Shown: positions 54,621 through 64,000 of the stretch, one piece after another | Numbering within the stretch: the first letter of the stretch is position 1 | Layout: each line of letters begins with the position of its first letter | Assembly: GCA_016788825.1 (NCBI GenBank) | Contig: JAEUSD010000003.1 | Span: forward strand, 757 to 64,756 | Source of the DNA: Candidatus Doudnabacteria bacterium | Lineage (GTDB): Bacteria > Patescibacteriota > Dojkabacteria > J137 > JAEUSD01 | DNA length: 64,000 bases | Direction: 5' to 3' | Made by a program: the position numbers and the translations under genes | Notes under the pieces: model-generated | What the model was told of the DNA's origin: nothing | The model's input: only the letters and a program-made list of their open reading frames with translations | Databases searched by the model: none

Positions 54621-56527
54621 CCGCTACGCAAGGCGGTCATAAATACTTCTTTGGGTACTTCGACTTTTCCAATTGCTTTCATCTTTTTCTTACCCTTCTT
54701 TTGCTTATTCAAAAGCTTCATCTTACGCGTTTCGTCCCCTCCGTACAGTTTGGCGGTTACATCTTTGCGATAGGCTTTCACATCGGCGCGGGCCAAAATA
54801 TTTCCACCAATGGCAGCCTGGATTGGGACACTAAACTGTTGCCTAGGAATGATTTCTGCCAACTTCTCAACCAAGGTGCGTGATTTGCGCAGCGCGCTTT
54901 CGCGATGCGCAAGGAAAGAAAGTGCCTCAGCTTCTACTTGGTTGATCAATATATCTACTTTCACAATATCCCCTGGACGGTACTCCAAGAAAGAATAATC
55001 CATGGAAGCGTAACCATGACTAAGGGATTTAAGCTGGTCGAAGAAATTCACCATAATTTCCAAACTCGGAATTTCGTAAACCAATACTGCATGTTTTGCA
55101 CCTGTACTAGATTTGCTTAGAAATTCCATTGACTTGTAAACTCCGCGTTTTTGCTGACACAATTCCATTACACCACCGACATACTCTTCGGGAGTAAAAA
55201 TTTCCAGCTTGACCCATGGCTCGAGAACCACGTCGACAAGTGTGGTCTCCGGAAAATCTGCTGCTGTTCGCACGCGATAAGTACCATCTTCTTGCAGGTT
55301 CGCAGGATTGAAGCGTGGGATTTTGGTGTAGTCGGTTGTAATCAGTTTTAGCCGAAACTCGACTGTGGGAGATGTGCTGATCAAGTCGATATCAAACTCT
55401 CTCTCCAACCTTTCTTGCACGATTTCAAGGTGAAGCAAGCCAAGAAACCCGCAGACAAATCCAGTCCCCAGCGCTTGAGAGTTCTCTCGTTGGTAAGAGA
55501 TAGCTGCGTCGTTAAGCGCCAATTTCTCCAGTGCATCTTGAAACTCGGAAAAATCTGCCGCATCTACGGGATAAAGGCTCGCAAAAACCATCGGCTTTGC
55601 CGGCTGATAGCCCGGCAAAGCCTCAATCTCTAAGTGTCCTTTATTCTCACGAAAATGGGTGATTGTATCTCCTACATGCACCTGACGAATATCTTTAAGT
55701 CCTGTCGCCACGTATCCAACTTCCCCTGCCTCCAGTGCTGTAGAAGTTACCATCACGGGTTTTAGATAGCCAACCTCGATGGGGGTGTTCACGGTTTCGC
55801 TTCCGATAAAGTATAGTTTATCGCGATTTGTGATCTTCCCCTGCTCAACTTTAACCAATGCCACCACACCTTTGTACTCATGAAAGAATGAGTCATAGAT
55901 CAGCGCTTTTAGTGCGCTCCCTTCGGGGGCAACCCTAGGTGCTGGGACTCGCTCCACAATTGCATCCAGAATTTCTTTGACTCCGATCCCGCTTTTCCCC
56001 GAAGCCAAGATAATTTCTTCCTCTTTGAAACCAAAAGTATCCATCATCTCCAACTTTGTGCGATCCACATCTGCAATATCCATGTCTACTTTGTTGATCA
56101 CTGGAATGATTGCCAAGTTCTGCTCCAAAGCCTTGAAGTAAGTAGAAAGCGTCTGAGCTTGTACTCCCTGAGTTGCATCGACGAGGAGCAATGCACCTTC
56201 GGAAGCAGCCACAGAGCGTGAAACTTCATACGAAAAGTCTACATGGCCGGGTGTGTCGATCAGGTTCAAAACGTATTCACCCTGGGACGGCTTCTGCTGC
56301 TCGCTAGAACCCTCCTGTCCCTGATAATCGTACAGCATCCTCGCCGTCTGTAGTTTGATTGTGATACCACGCTCCTGTTCCAATTCTAGCGTGTCCATCA
56401 CACGGTCTTTGATGTCTCGTTTGGCCAAGGTTCCAGTGACTTCCAAAAGTCTATCTGCTAAAGTAGACTTACCGTGATCAATGTGAGCGATGATGCAAAA
56501 ATTGCGTATTCGTGAGATATCTGACAT
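54617..56527 (-). CDS. lepA: Translation elongation factor 4 (LepA)
   Basis: 636 aa. IRNFCIIAHIDHGKSTLADRLLE (G1), DTPGHVDF (G3), NKVD (G4). LepA-specific C-terminal domain plus a Lys-rich tail. Confidence 0.95.
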   Translation of the reverse strand: MSDISRIRNFCIIAHIDHGKSTLADRLLEVTGTLAKRDIKDRVMDTLELEQERGITIKLQTARMLYDYQGQEGSSEQQKPSQGEYVLNLIDTPGHVDFSYEVSRSVAASEGALLLVDATQGVQAQTLSTYFKALEQNLAIIPVINKVDMDIADVDRTKLEMMDTFGFKEEEIILASGKSGIGVKEILDAIVERVPAPRVAPEGSALKALIYDSFFHEYKGVVALVKVEQGKITNRDKLYFIGSETVNTPIEVGYLKPVMVTSTALEAGEVGYVATGLKDIRQVHVGDTITHFRENKGHLEIEALPGYQPAKPMVFASLYPVDAADFSEFQDALEKLALNDAAISYQRENSQALGTGFVCGFLGLLHLEIVQERLEREFDIDLISTSPTVEFRLKLITTDYTKIPRFNPANLQEDGTYRVRTAADFPETTLVDVVLEPWVKLEIFTPEEYVGGVMELCQQKRGVYKSMEFLSKSSTGAKHAVLVYEIPSLEIMVNFFDQLKSLSHGYASMDYSFLEYRPGDIVKVDILINQVEAEALSFLAHRESALRKSRTLVEKLAEIIPRQQFSVPIQAAIGGNILARADVKAYRKDVTAKLYGGDETRKMKLLNKQKKGKKKMKAIGKVEVPKEVFMTALRSG

Positions 56528-56562
56528 AGGTAGGATTATACCTGGAAATATCTCTTAAACCA

Positions 56563-59500
56563 ATGAAACCACAATATACTAAGAAGACTTTTTCTAACTG
56601 GGGAAGAGAGCCACTAGCTACACGGTTAGAGACAGAATTGGTTGATTTCCAAAGCAAGATTGATAGTGAAGGGGTGGATATAAGTGAACTTAATGCCGTG
56701 GCTGATCTGGTTATTGCTGTAGGCCGAAAAGCAGATGCTCTAGCTCACAAAATTCTTGCTCAAAGTCACCTGTTTGATTTCTGGTTAAACTTCTTTCAAT
56801 ATCTTTCTGAAGAAAACCCACCGAAGCTAAAGACAATACTTGATACCCCGATTGCTAATTATCCTGATAGCTTTGTCACTGCTTTATGTTTTTGGGCCTG
56901 CAGGTCGGGTAAGGATTATAGCAACGGGATTGTCATTACTGAAACTTCTGGCAAGCTTTCTCGCATAAACAGAGCTATAAAAAGTAACGAGTATCTGGTT
57001 CCCAGTAAGACTACCTTTAGGGACTGTGTAGCCGCTGCAATGTATACACCCCCATCTGAATTCTCACAAGTGCGCCAGACAGACTATATGAAGTTGGTCT
57101 TCCCCTACCTGGCATGTCTTCCCAACAGTTACTGGGATCGGATTCAACAACAAAGCATATTCCCAGAAAATGACATCAGCCTGATTTCATCTCTTAGGAG
57201 GAAGTGGGGTCTATACAGTGAAGAAAAACTAAAAGGCAGCATTAAGAATTGGGTGGAAGAGCTGACTAACGGTGGAATTGGTGATCGCTGGGTTGCTTCT
57301 ATAACTCAGGATCTAGCGGTAAATGGCTATATAAGCTCAGGGTACCTACTTTATAGTTATCACGAGGAAGACTTGCCACAATCAGGTGCTATTTTAGAGG
57401 AAGCCCGGCACAAGAACAACGCTGCTGGAGACTATTTAGTCTTCTATGAGGAGCGGAGGAGTCACCCGGTACTTCACCTTCCGGATCTTCCGCCCCTGCA
57501 TAGGTTAGCTACACAACCTCTCTCAATAAATACAGAGATATATCAGACGGAGTACGAACAATTAGTAAGGGGGGAGATAGAGAAAGTGTCAATTACCAGA
57601 TTGATCACTTCTGCACAATGGCTGATTGCCGAGTTGGCCGAAGCAGAGACAGTGGATCAAGGAGATTGGTGGAAGATGCTACTCTCTCCTGACCGTATAT
57701 GGTTCCTGAGTCATTGTTGGGACAGTCTTTCAAACGAGACTAAGACACGAATTGAGTTGATTGCAGAACTTTTGTTTCGGGATAAATCTTTCGATTGTCT
57801 AAAAACAGTCAAAATGATGGATACACCACTCGATGTGCTTGATCGCCAAGCACAGGCTGGGAATCCGATCGATGTCAAGATTTTGGGCGACCTCCCCGCA
57901 AAAGTGATGTCTGCAATACAAGCAAAAGATACTTACCCCTATCTCTATCCCTATGCACTTAAGGCACTTCTTTCGAACCCGCAGAACCGGGTTAACGGTT
58001 TCGATACAGAAAAGCTGATCGCGGAGCTTATAGAACAACATAAGCAAGAGAGGGGGATCAACCTAGCGGGTGATAAGGGAAGTGTTCCTGGTGTTGTACG
58101 TAATTTCGTTAATAAATACTTATCAAAGCCACTAGGCGTAGGTAACTTCCGAGAATTTGCTGATAACCCTCAAGAAGTGGAGACTTTTATTAAATTTACC
58201 ACTCGTCTGAAGTTGCCTAATAGGCTAACCGCCGAAGCTGTTGCTTTGGCTGACCAATTTCCTGATTCCTTGCGAGAAGCTGATTATGAAGTTCGATATT
58301 TACCTGTACATGGTCTGGGGCACAGCACGAGGGTGACAGCCAATGATAATTATCATTGGGAATTAGTTCAAAGTAATTTAGGATCGAGTGCTGAAGTAAA
58401 GAACCGATCAAATAACGAGGAATTCTTGAAGGGGGTGGTTCTCTATTGGCAAAACGCTGAACTGTCACTTACAGATAGGGTAAAAACTAAGGAGGCATAC
58501 TATCTGGCTAGGCGTTACCTCTTTATTCATAAACTGCGCAAGATACTTTCCCTTAAGAATTATTTCCAACATGGGATGACCTACTTAGTAGAACGGCTAA
58601 TTCGGGATTTTGGGTTTGATACAAAAGAAGCTCTTCCTGAATTTGTAGAAACAGCACTACTTCTTGAGGATCCATCTAGTGGGCTAGATTATTTTACAAG
58701 TTTGAGAGGCGTGCTTGATGAACTTACACGGCAGGGGACAGTCTTTGAGGTTGACTTGGGATCGGCCATGAAATACCTTTTTAAGCACGATGCAAGTACG
58801 CATACTCCCTCGGCTATCTTGTGTAGCTATTTAAGTAGCAAGTCATTGGAAGAAGAGGTTGCGGCTTCAAGAGAGAGAGAACTTAGAGAGGAAGAGAGGC
58901 AAGCTTTGGAAGCAATACTACTTCAACAGCCAGATAGTTCAAGTATGCTAAAGGGCTTAATACTAAAAGAATTGACGCCTATCGCTGAGGTAGCGAAAAG
59001 AGTCCTTGCTGATCTCCCTCCAGCTGTAATGGATGTGATTATAAACATAATCCATTTCAGGTCGAAACCCTCGCGACTTAACTTGAGTGGCATACTTGAG
59101 ACTGCGGGGCAAGTTTATGAATTCATTTCCTATGTGGCCCGTCTTCCGTACAGTAGTTTGTTAGTTGAAGTAGCAGCAGACGCTGTAGATCTACTTCCTG
59201 ATGATAGGCAGTACGTATTTCAACATACGCTCTTGGCAGCAACACTTTCGGGCCAGGGTTCCGTTTATGAAGGCAAAAAAGCCTTGCTTGAGGGAAACTT
59301 GCCGGATTTATTGGTACATTTTGTCAACAGAAAAGATGCAACTCTAGGAGTTTTACGGGCGTTCTCGGAGTCTGGGGAGCTGAGTCAGTTTCAGCTTGTT
59401 AAGTACAAGGCTGCTTACTTTCTGGCTCTACGTGCCTACTTCTATCATCAATGCAGGGAATTGAAAGATGCAGAACAGCTCAATCCAGAGTCTTTGGTCC

Positions 59501-62500
59501 AGACAATTGGCAACTGTGGCTACGAAGCTACGGATGCGCAGATCGAACTTCTGGAAGCTCTAAAGCTTCTTCCCAATCTCAAACCTGACCTATACACAGC
59601 TATTGTAGACTGCATAAACACATCCCCACCCAGTTCTCCGCTGAGAAAACTTACAGATCTTCCTAACATTATAGCCAATACAAAAACGCCAGAGCTGTTT
59701 AGCTCTTGGGAGGCGCCACGTAACGAGAAGGTTCGAGCGCTTACTTTGAACAGGTCTCTTTGCGAAAGGATGGTTATAGAAGGTAATACCCCACCAGAAT
59801 TTCATGAAGATGTATTGCATCTAGTAGCTGGCCTAGACCCTACAGGGCAATCAGCCGAGACACAGAACCCAGAAGTCTTCCTTGAATCACTTAGTACTAG
59901 CGTTTACGAGCGTGTTCCAGCAATCGCAAGAATGATAGATGTTGTCTATCCAAACAGAAGTAGAATAAATGAAATCAATGAAGAAGATACCCTACAGCTT
60001 ATTCGATCTCTAGACTTAGCTGACCTCGGTACTACAATCTATATTGTGCGAGCACTTTATTATACCTTTGTAGAAATTACGGGAAATGTCAATGATGCCT
60101 TCTCCCAAGTAGACACTTTTTTGCAAAAACTAATCAATCTTGGAACAGAAACAGGATTAGATATAGGCTACCTTGCATACCTGGACAGAGACTTAACAAG
60201 AAGGCCTACCAGCCAAGGTGAGAACATCAAGCTATTCCTGTGCGGTTTGTCAGGACATACAATACTTCCCAACCACTCTTGGGGTGATGACGATGAAGAG
60301 TTGCTCGAAACAAAAATTTCTAAAGACCTTCCCATTCTTGTGTATACACTAATTGCACTGAAGTACGGGGATCTTAACGAAGAGTTACTGGAATATATTT
60401 ATGATGGTAAGGCACAGAGTCAACTGGCATATTTACTATCTTCTCAAATTCAGAATAAGTTACAAAAACCGAATGAGGTAGCAGGATTCAGAAAACAGCT
60501 GCTTGTGCAACTTTATCATACTGGGGATATCGTGCGGGCAGATCTACCTGAGGAACTGCTTTCCAATGTAGAAGTTATGAAACCGATGAACCTATTTACT
60601 TATCGTTTCAACACTCCTAACCTCGCTTATGAATCCCTGGGTGAAGCTGTTGCGGATATAGAATTGGAGGAGTTGCTACCCCAATTAAATAACTATAAGG
60701 TTCCCCAAAAAGCAATTCTAAACGAGAGTGAACTACAGGTGCTTATGCAGTTTATTTTCTTCTACGAAAAGGGATTACTTCCCAAGTTGAAACTTTATAA
60801 TGTCTACGTTCAAGCCAGAAGAAAGTTTGCAGAGATAAATTCGAGAGATTCTAGGTTTATTCAGAGCTTGGTTAATGATGTGGACCTTTCCACTTTAATC
60901 TACCTCATTAGGCATTCACTAATCAACTCTTCCCGAGTAAGCAAGTATATTGATAGTCAGGGGCTCGATTTCCCCCTACACACAAAAGGTATTTTAAGTA
61001 TCGCTGAAAGCGCCGATCATATTTCTTATCTGGAATCTATATCTGAAGAGAAACTCCAATTAGTCTTAGCCTACCTCGCTTATGACTGCGAACTCCTTGA
61101 ACAATTACTAATTAATTCAAACGGATTTACAAACGATTCTCCGTGGGCTGGGTTACTTCTAGAGGCCGTCCTTCGCTCAGACAGAATGGTTGTAGGGAAA
61201 TACCACACCCCGGTGCTAGACAGACTGCCTTATTCGAAAGTCGTGAAAAATATTGATTCAGTAAGGCTTTGGTCTGAGTTAAGGTCAGCTCAGACTTACC
61301 CCCACTTACGTACTGACCTTCACAGGATTAGTCTAGTTACAGCTCCTATCGACGGAACGACTATCACATCAGACATCTTGGGATCCTTGTTACTTGGAGA
61401 AGATCCAGACAAAAACACCATAGAGTTTCTTAAAAACATGATCGATTCGACCTTATCTGATATGAACGAGTTGATAGGAATGCAAGCGGGTACAATAATT
61501 GGCCCATCTGCACAAGAGGCTACTTCATTTGAGGGGGTAAGTTTCAAGATCTTGCTTCCAGACGAAGAAAAGCTTCCCAAAGCTAAACTAGGGATCCTAA
61601 GGGGTCTAGTTAGTCAGTTTTTAGCTTATTATGAGAAGCTAAATCTTTTAGACCCAGAGTACATACTGAATGGGATTCCCTCCCGATATCCAGAGCTAGT
61701 TAAAGTTCTAACCCTCCTTTTTGAGCTACAAATATTTAATGTTGGTGATTTGCAAGGAGCGAGAAATGTTGTACGACAACATATACTCATTCAGCTGGCC
61801 ACAGCAAAATGGATAGAACCTGCGCAGCTTACTGTGGCTATGGTGGTGAAAGAGTTCAAAGAACTATGCTTAGGGGTTTCGGTGCCAGGGGTTTTTTGGC
61901 AAGCTGGGATAGACAAGTTTAAAGAAAAAACAGGAGGTATAGCACTTGGTGAAGTACCCAACCAAACAGGTGAGGGTATAACTTGGGGAGCAATCAACAG
62001 ACTGACCTTCCCAATTTACCAGCAACTGCTTCCAGATGTTATTGGTTTGCAGTCGGCCAGGAAACGTAGAAACGCTGATTTATCTGAGGGAATGCTTATG
62101 CCAGGACAAGAAGGCCGCGGCGCTGAAATTTTACTTGTAAACCGTTTGGAAAAGAGTCGGGCCGGTAGGGAGGTGCGTGCGCGCGAAACTAAGCTACTGA
62201 GAGATCTTGGGGACATCGAGCAGAGCCTTCATCACCAAATTTCTGGTAGTCAGTCTATCCGTGAGCCTGATATCAAGCAACAGGAGTACATAGCTACTAA
62301 ATTGGTAGAATTCGCCCGGTTTGTGGTTGAAAACGAGGTGATGTTTAATAAGGGGCAAAGCTATATTCAAATTGAAGCCCTATTTCGACAGCTTTTGGCA
62401 GTTCAAGATAAGTCCAAGTTGAGGGATGCAATCGCAGGGCTATATAAAGGTACAGATGACGTTCAGAAAATGCTGGGTAATCCAATATTCAGCTGGGTAC

Positions 62501-64000
62501 TAATGCTGGCAAACGAAGCTAACAGAAGGTTGTTTATAAACTACGTGAGCTCATCTCCGGAAAACTTTCTAATGCTGCTAAGATACATGCTGGTTGGTGT
62601 CGGGCGCCACATTGTGTTAAAGAAATCAGATAGTGCTTTAGCAGATTTATTGATCGAACCCCCGGCACGGTCAGATGTAAATAATGACCTAAAGGCCAAA
62701 CTAGTTGATTTTGCTGAGACCCTCTGTGAGGACCAAACTACACCAACGCCTCAGCAGCGTATGCTCCCAATTATCCGGGATATAGAGAAGATAGTCATGT
62801 TGGCAGCCAATTTACAGGTAAATCCTAGGTTAGATTCTGAAGTCGAGGATTGGCTGCACCGAACCACTCAAGTGTTTGATTCAGTTATCGGTGATTGGGC
62901 AGAACCGGATCAAGTAGTTGTGAGGAGACGAGAGCTTGCAGAGGGGCAGTGGGGTAACACTCTGGTAACCGGACTAGAAATAAATAAGAGAGAGTACGTA
63001 GAGTTAAACAAGTTGCTCTCGAAACAGTTAAGAAGATACGGGATGATGGCAGTGATACCAATAATAATTATGATAAGCTCATTTCTATTCACCAACAGAG
63101 ACCAAGTTGCAAAAGTGTTCGTAAGTCTTGAGCAAGACTCAAGTGAGGAGGTAGACCCTTCATTAACAGGTCTAGACATTGTTGACTTGGCAGAACATTA
63201 TCAACAATATACGCCAGAATCTATAATCCTGGAGAATGTTGAGAGCCGAGTAATCGGAAAAGTACTACATAATTCACTAGGAGCTTCGGGAGGAAGCGGA
63301 GTTAACCTGGCGGTCCCCTACAGTGGTCAGATATTACCAGCACTGCAAAGCATGACAGGGAATAAACCTCCAACTGAAAGGCTTACAAATATCGATCAGC
63401 TCAGAGTATTACCTGACCAAAGTTTTGTCTATACAGTGTATGCTCCCAAGGTGATTTGGCCATCTGACTGGAGTAGAAAGATAGAGAAACTAGTCCTTCT
63501 AGGTGAATGGGAGGGAGAGCCTGAGTATGACATCTACGGGAATCTTATAGTTGATGATAGGGATGTTGGTAAACGCATTGTTATAGTGGAAGTTGCAAAC
63601 CCTGATTACAAGCTTCTTGGTAAGGGGATACAATTAGTCGAAGATCCGTATGAGAATCCGGTCCATGTCACCGCAGGGCGAGGAGAAGACATCCGAGGAC
63701 TACTGCTGGACCCTGCTATTGAAGCGATTTATGTCGGTATATATGACGGTCAGCCGACTGGGATTGACGCGCTTAATCGGCTGCTCTCTCTACAAAGCAT
63801 GCTATGGGAGCAGATCTTTTCTCGTCACAGGTATTCGCCTCAACTCCCTATGGAGTCGGAGACTAATCAGCAGCTAATGGAGAGTGTTATACAGGGGGTG
63901 TTATCGGCGTATTATTGCACAGTGGCAGGCAATGTTTCCGCAGAACTCTATGCTGACCTGGGTTATCCAGTTACTTTCATAAATTCTACTCCGGTATATA
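56563..64000 (+). CDS. Giant protein of unknown function, 3'-partial (at least 2479 codons, runs off the window end)
   Basis: I read every codon in frame 1 from the ATG at 56563 to 64000 and found no TAA/TAG/TGA. An in-frame TAG sits at 56527-56529 just upstream. The gene is missing from the ORF track, presumably because it has no stop. The product is Leu-rich, with no signal peptide, one hydrophobic segment (YGMMAVIPIIIMISSFLF, about nt 63043-63093) and a recurring xDLPxx(V/L)(M/L) motif. Confidence 0.8.
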   Translation, partial: MKPQYTKKTFSNWGREPLATRLETELVDFQSKIDSEGVDISELNAVADLVIAVGRKADALAHKILAQSHLFDFWLNFFQYLSEENPPKLKTILDTPIANYPDSFVTALCFWACRSGKDYSNGIVITETSGKLSRINRAIKSNEYLVPSKTTFRDCVAAAMYTPPSEFSQVRQTDYMKLVFPYLACLPNSYWDRIQQQSIFPENDISLISSLRRKWGLYSEEKLKGSIKNWVEELTNGGIGDRWVASITQDLAVNGYISSGYLLYSYHEEDLPQSGAILEEARHKNNAAGDYLVFYEERRSHPVLHLPDLPPLHRLATQPLSINTEIYQTEYEQLVRGEIEKVSITRLITSAQWLIAELAEAETVDQGDWWKMLLSPDRIWFLSHCWDSLSNETKTRIELIAELLFRDKSFDCLKTVKMMDTPLDVLDRQAQAGNPIDVKILGDLPAKVMSAIQAKDTYPYLYPYALKALLSNPQNRVNGFDTEKLIAELIEQHKQERGINLAGDKGSVPGVVRNFVNKYLSKPLGVGNFREFADNPQEVETFIKFTTRLKLPNRLTAEAVALADQFPDSLREADYEVRYLPVHGLGHSTRVTANDNYHWELVQSNLGSSAEVKNRSNNEEFLKGVVLYWQNAELSLTDRVKTKEAYYLARRYLFIHKLRKILSLKNYFQHGMTYLVERLIRDFGFDTKEALPEFVETALLLEDPSSGLDYFTSLRGVLDELTRQGTVFEVDLGSAMKYLFKHDASTHTPSAILCSYLSSKSLEEEVAASRERELREEERQALEAILLQQPDSSSMLKGLILKELTPIAEVAKRVLADLPPAVMDVIINIIHFRSKPSRLNLSGILETAGQVYEFISYVARLPYSSLLVEVAADAVDLLPDDRQYVFQHTLLAATLSGQGSVYEGKKALLEGNLPDLLVHFVNRKDATLGVLRAFSESGELSQFQLVKYKAAYFLALRAYFYHQCRELKDAEQLNPESLVQTIGNCGYEATDAQIELLEALKLLPNLKPDLYTAIVDCINTSPPSSPLRKLTDLPNIIANTKTPELFSSWEAPRNEKVRALTLNRSLCERMVIEGNTPPEFHEDVLHLVAGLDPTGQSAETQNPEVFLESLSTSVYERVPAIARMIDVVYPNRSRINEINEEDTLQLIRSLDLADLGTTIYIVRALYYTFVEITGNVNDAFSQVDTFLQKLINLGTETGLDIGYLAYLDRDLTRRPTSQGENIKLFLCGLSGHTILPNHSWGDDDEELLETKISKDLPILVYTLIALKYGDLNEELLEYIYDGKAQSQLAYLLSSQIQNKLQKPNEVAGFRKQLLVQLYHTGDIVRADLPEELLSNVEVMKPMNLFTYRFNTPNLAYESLGEAVADIELEELLPQLNNYKVPQKAILNESELQVLMQFIFFYEKGLLPKLKLYNVYVQARRKFAEINSRDSRFIQSLVNDVDLSTLIYLIRHSLINSSRVSKYIDSQGLDFPLHTKGILSIAESADHISYLESISEEKLQLVLAYLAYDCELLEQLLINSNGFTNDSPWAGLLLEAVLRSDRMVVGKYHTPVLDRLPYSKVVKNIDSVRLWSELRSAQTYPHLRTDLHRISLVTAPIDGTTITSDILGSLLLGEDPDKNTIEFLKNMIDSTLSDMNELIGMQAGTIIGPSAQEATSFEGVSFKILLPDEEKLPKAKLGILRGLVSQFLAYYEKLNLLDPEYILNGIPSRYPELVKVLTLLFELQIFNVGDLQGARNVVRQHILIQLATAKWIEPAQLTVAMVVKEFKELCLGVSVPGVFWQAGIDKFKEKTGGIALGEVPNQTGEGITWGAINRLTFPIYQQLLPDVIGLQSARKRRNADLSEGMLMPGQEGRGAEILLVNRLEKSRAGREVRARETKLLRDLGDIEQSLHHQISGSQSIREPDIKQQEYIATKLVEFARFVVENEVMFNKGQSYIQIEALFRQLLAVQDKSKLRDAIAGLYKGTDDVQKMLGNPIFSWVLMLANEANRRLFINYVSSSPENFLMLLRYMLVGVGRHIVLKKSDSALADLLIEPPARSDVNNDLKAKLVDFAETLCEDQTTPTPQQRMLPIIRDIEKIVMLAANLQVNPRLDSEVEDWLHRTTQVFDSVIGDWAEPDQVVVRRRELAEGQWGNTLVTGLEINKREYVELNKLLSKQLRRYGMMAVIPIIIMISSFLFTNRDQVAKVFVSLEQDSSEEVDPSLTGLDIVDLAEHYQQYTPESIILENVESRVIGKVLHNSLGASGGSGVNLAVPYSGQILPALQSMTGNKPPTERLTNIDQLRVLPDQSFVYTVYAPKVIWPSDWSRKIEKLVLLGEWEGEPEYDIYGNLIVDDRDVGKRIVIVEVANPDYKLLGKGIQLVEDPYENPVHVTAGRGEDIRGLLLDPAIEAIYVGIYDGQPTGIDALNRLLSLQSMLWEQIFSRHRYSPQLPMESETNQQLMESVIQGVLSAYYCTVAGNVSAELYADLGYPVTFINSTPVY

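Noticed and set aside
57799-63877. Eight short ORFs (60-90 aa) on the minus strand and one plus-strand ORF (63650..63877) listed in the ORF track
   Set aside because: All lie inside, and in other frames of, the continuous giant plus-strand reading frame from 56563 to 64000. The giant frame has coding-like composition throughout, so these are spurious.
1-64000. Possibility of an alternative genetic code (UGA recoding, as in Gracilibacteria/SR1)
   Set aside because: Recognisable genes terminate at their expected C-termini on TAA, TAG and also TGA (for example, the GH15 gene stop at 49832-49834 is TGA). Trp is encoded by TGG throughout. The standard bacterial code fits.
1-64000. CRISPR arrays, transposases, integrases or phage genes
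   Set aside because: I found no regularly spaced direct repeats in any intergenic region, and no transposase, recombinase, capsid or terminase-like ORF. The region looks like core chromosome.

Overview
This is a 64-kb window from a low-GC (about 43%), gene-dense bacterial chromosome. Intergenic spacers are short, many adjacent genes overlap, and stops include TAA, TAG and TGA, so translation table 11 fits. The gene content looks like a Candidate Phyla Radiation (Patescibacteria)-type fermentative organism, although no rRNA is present to confirm that.

The gene-level blocks, in order, are:
- 1-8.9 kb: housekeeping and unknowns, namely a 5'-partial hypothetical, RmuC, a PEP-utilizer-like protein, RNase J, VKOR, a P-loop kinase and an S/T-rich surface protein.
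- 9.2-15.7 kb: a putative operon of a soluble PAS histidine kinase, a 1054-aa secreted VWA protein, a kinase-less polytopic membrane sensor and a single-domain receiver, closed by a clean intrinsic terminator.
- 15.7-24.9 kb: a frameshifted RlmD, GNAT, tRNA-Leu(TAA), a SAM-methyltransferase-like protein, SRPBCC, NUDIX, CapA, an atypical tRNA-Cys-like element nested in a long hairpin, SSB, a membrane EEP nuclease, CcdA, SpoU and tRNA-Pro(TGG).
- 25.0-31.3 kb: ADP-forming acetyl-CoA synthetase, a LuxR-type regulator, a two-subunit (gamma-alpha fusion plus beta) 2-oxoacid:ferredoxin oxidoreductase with flavodoxin, and a cytochrome b5-like lipoprotein.
- 31.4-38.4 kb: a glycosylation cluster made of a processive membrane GT2 synthase, three paralogous GT4s, an alpha/beta hydrolase and a second GT2. 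It is followed directly by the major type IV pilin gene with a strong terminator.
- 39.1-47.2 kb: a minus-strand type IV pilus operon with PilB, PilC, three pseudopilins, a 435-aa beta-helix-like protein, a PilM-PilN fusion and a PilO-like protein.
- 47.3-52.6 kb: alpha-glucan metabolism, namely GH57, glycogen synthase, GH15 and a ROK glucokinase.
- 52.7-56.5 kb: a class II photolyase, a secreted hypothetical and LepA.

The most striking object is absent from the supplied ORF track. A single uninterrupted plus-strand reading frame runs from 56563 to the window edge at 64000 (at least 2479 codons, no stop). It encodes a giant leucine-rich protein with no signal peptide, a recurring xDLPxx(V/L)(M/L) motif, no recognisable catalytic motif and one hydrophobic segment around residue 2165. 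It lies divergent from lepA with only 35 nt between their start codons.

I found no CRISPR array, transposase or integrase.
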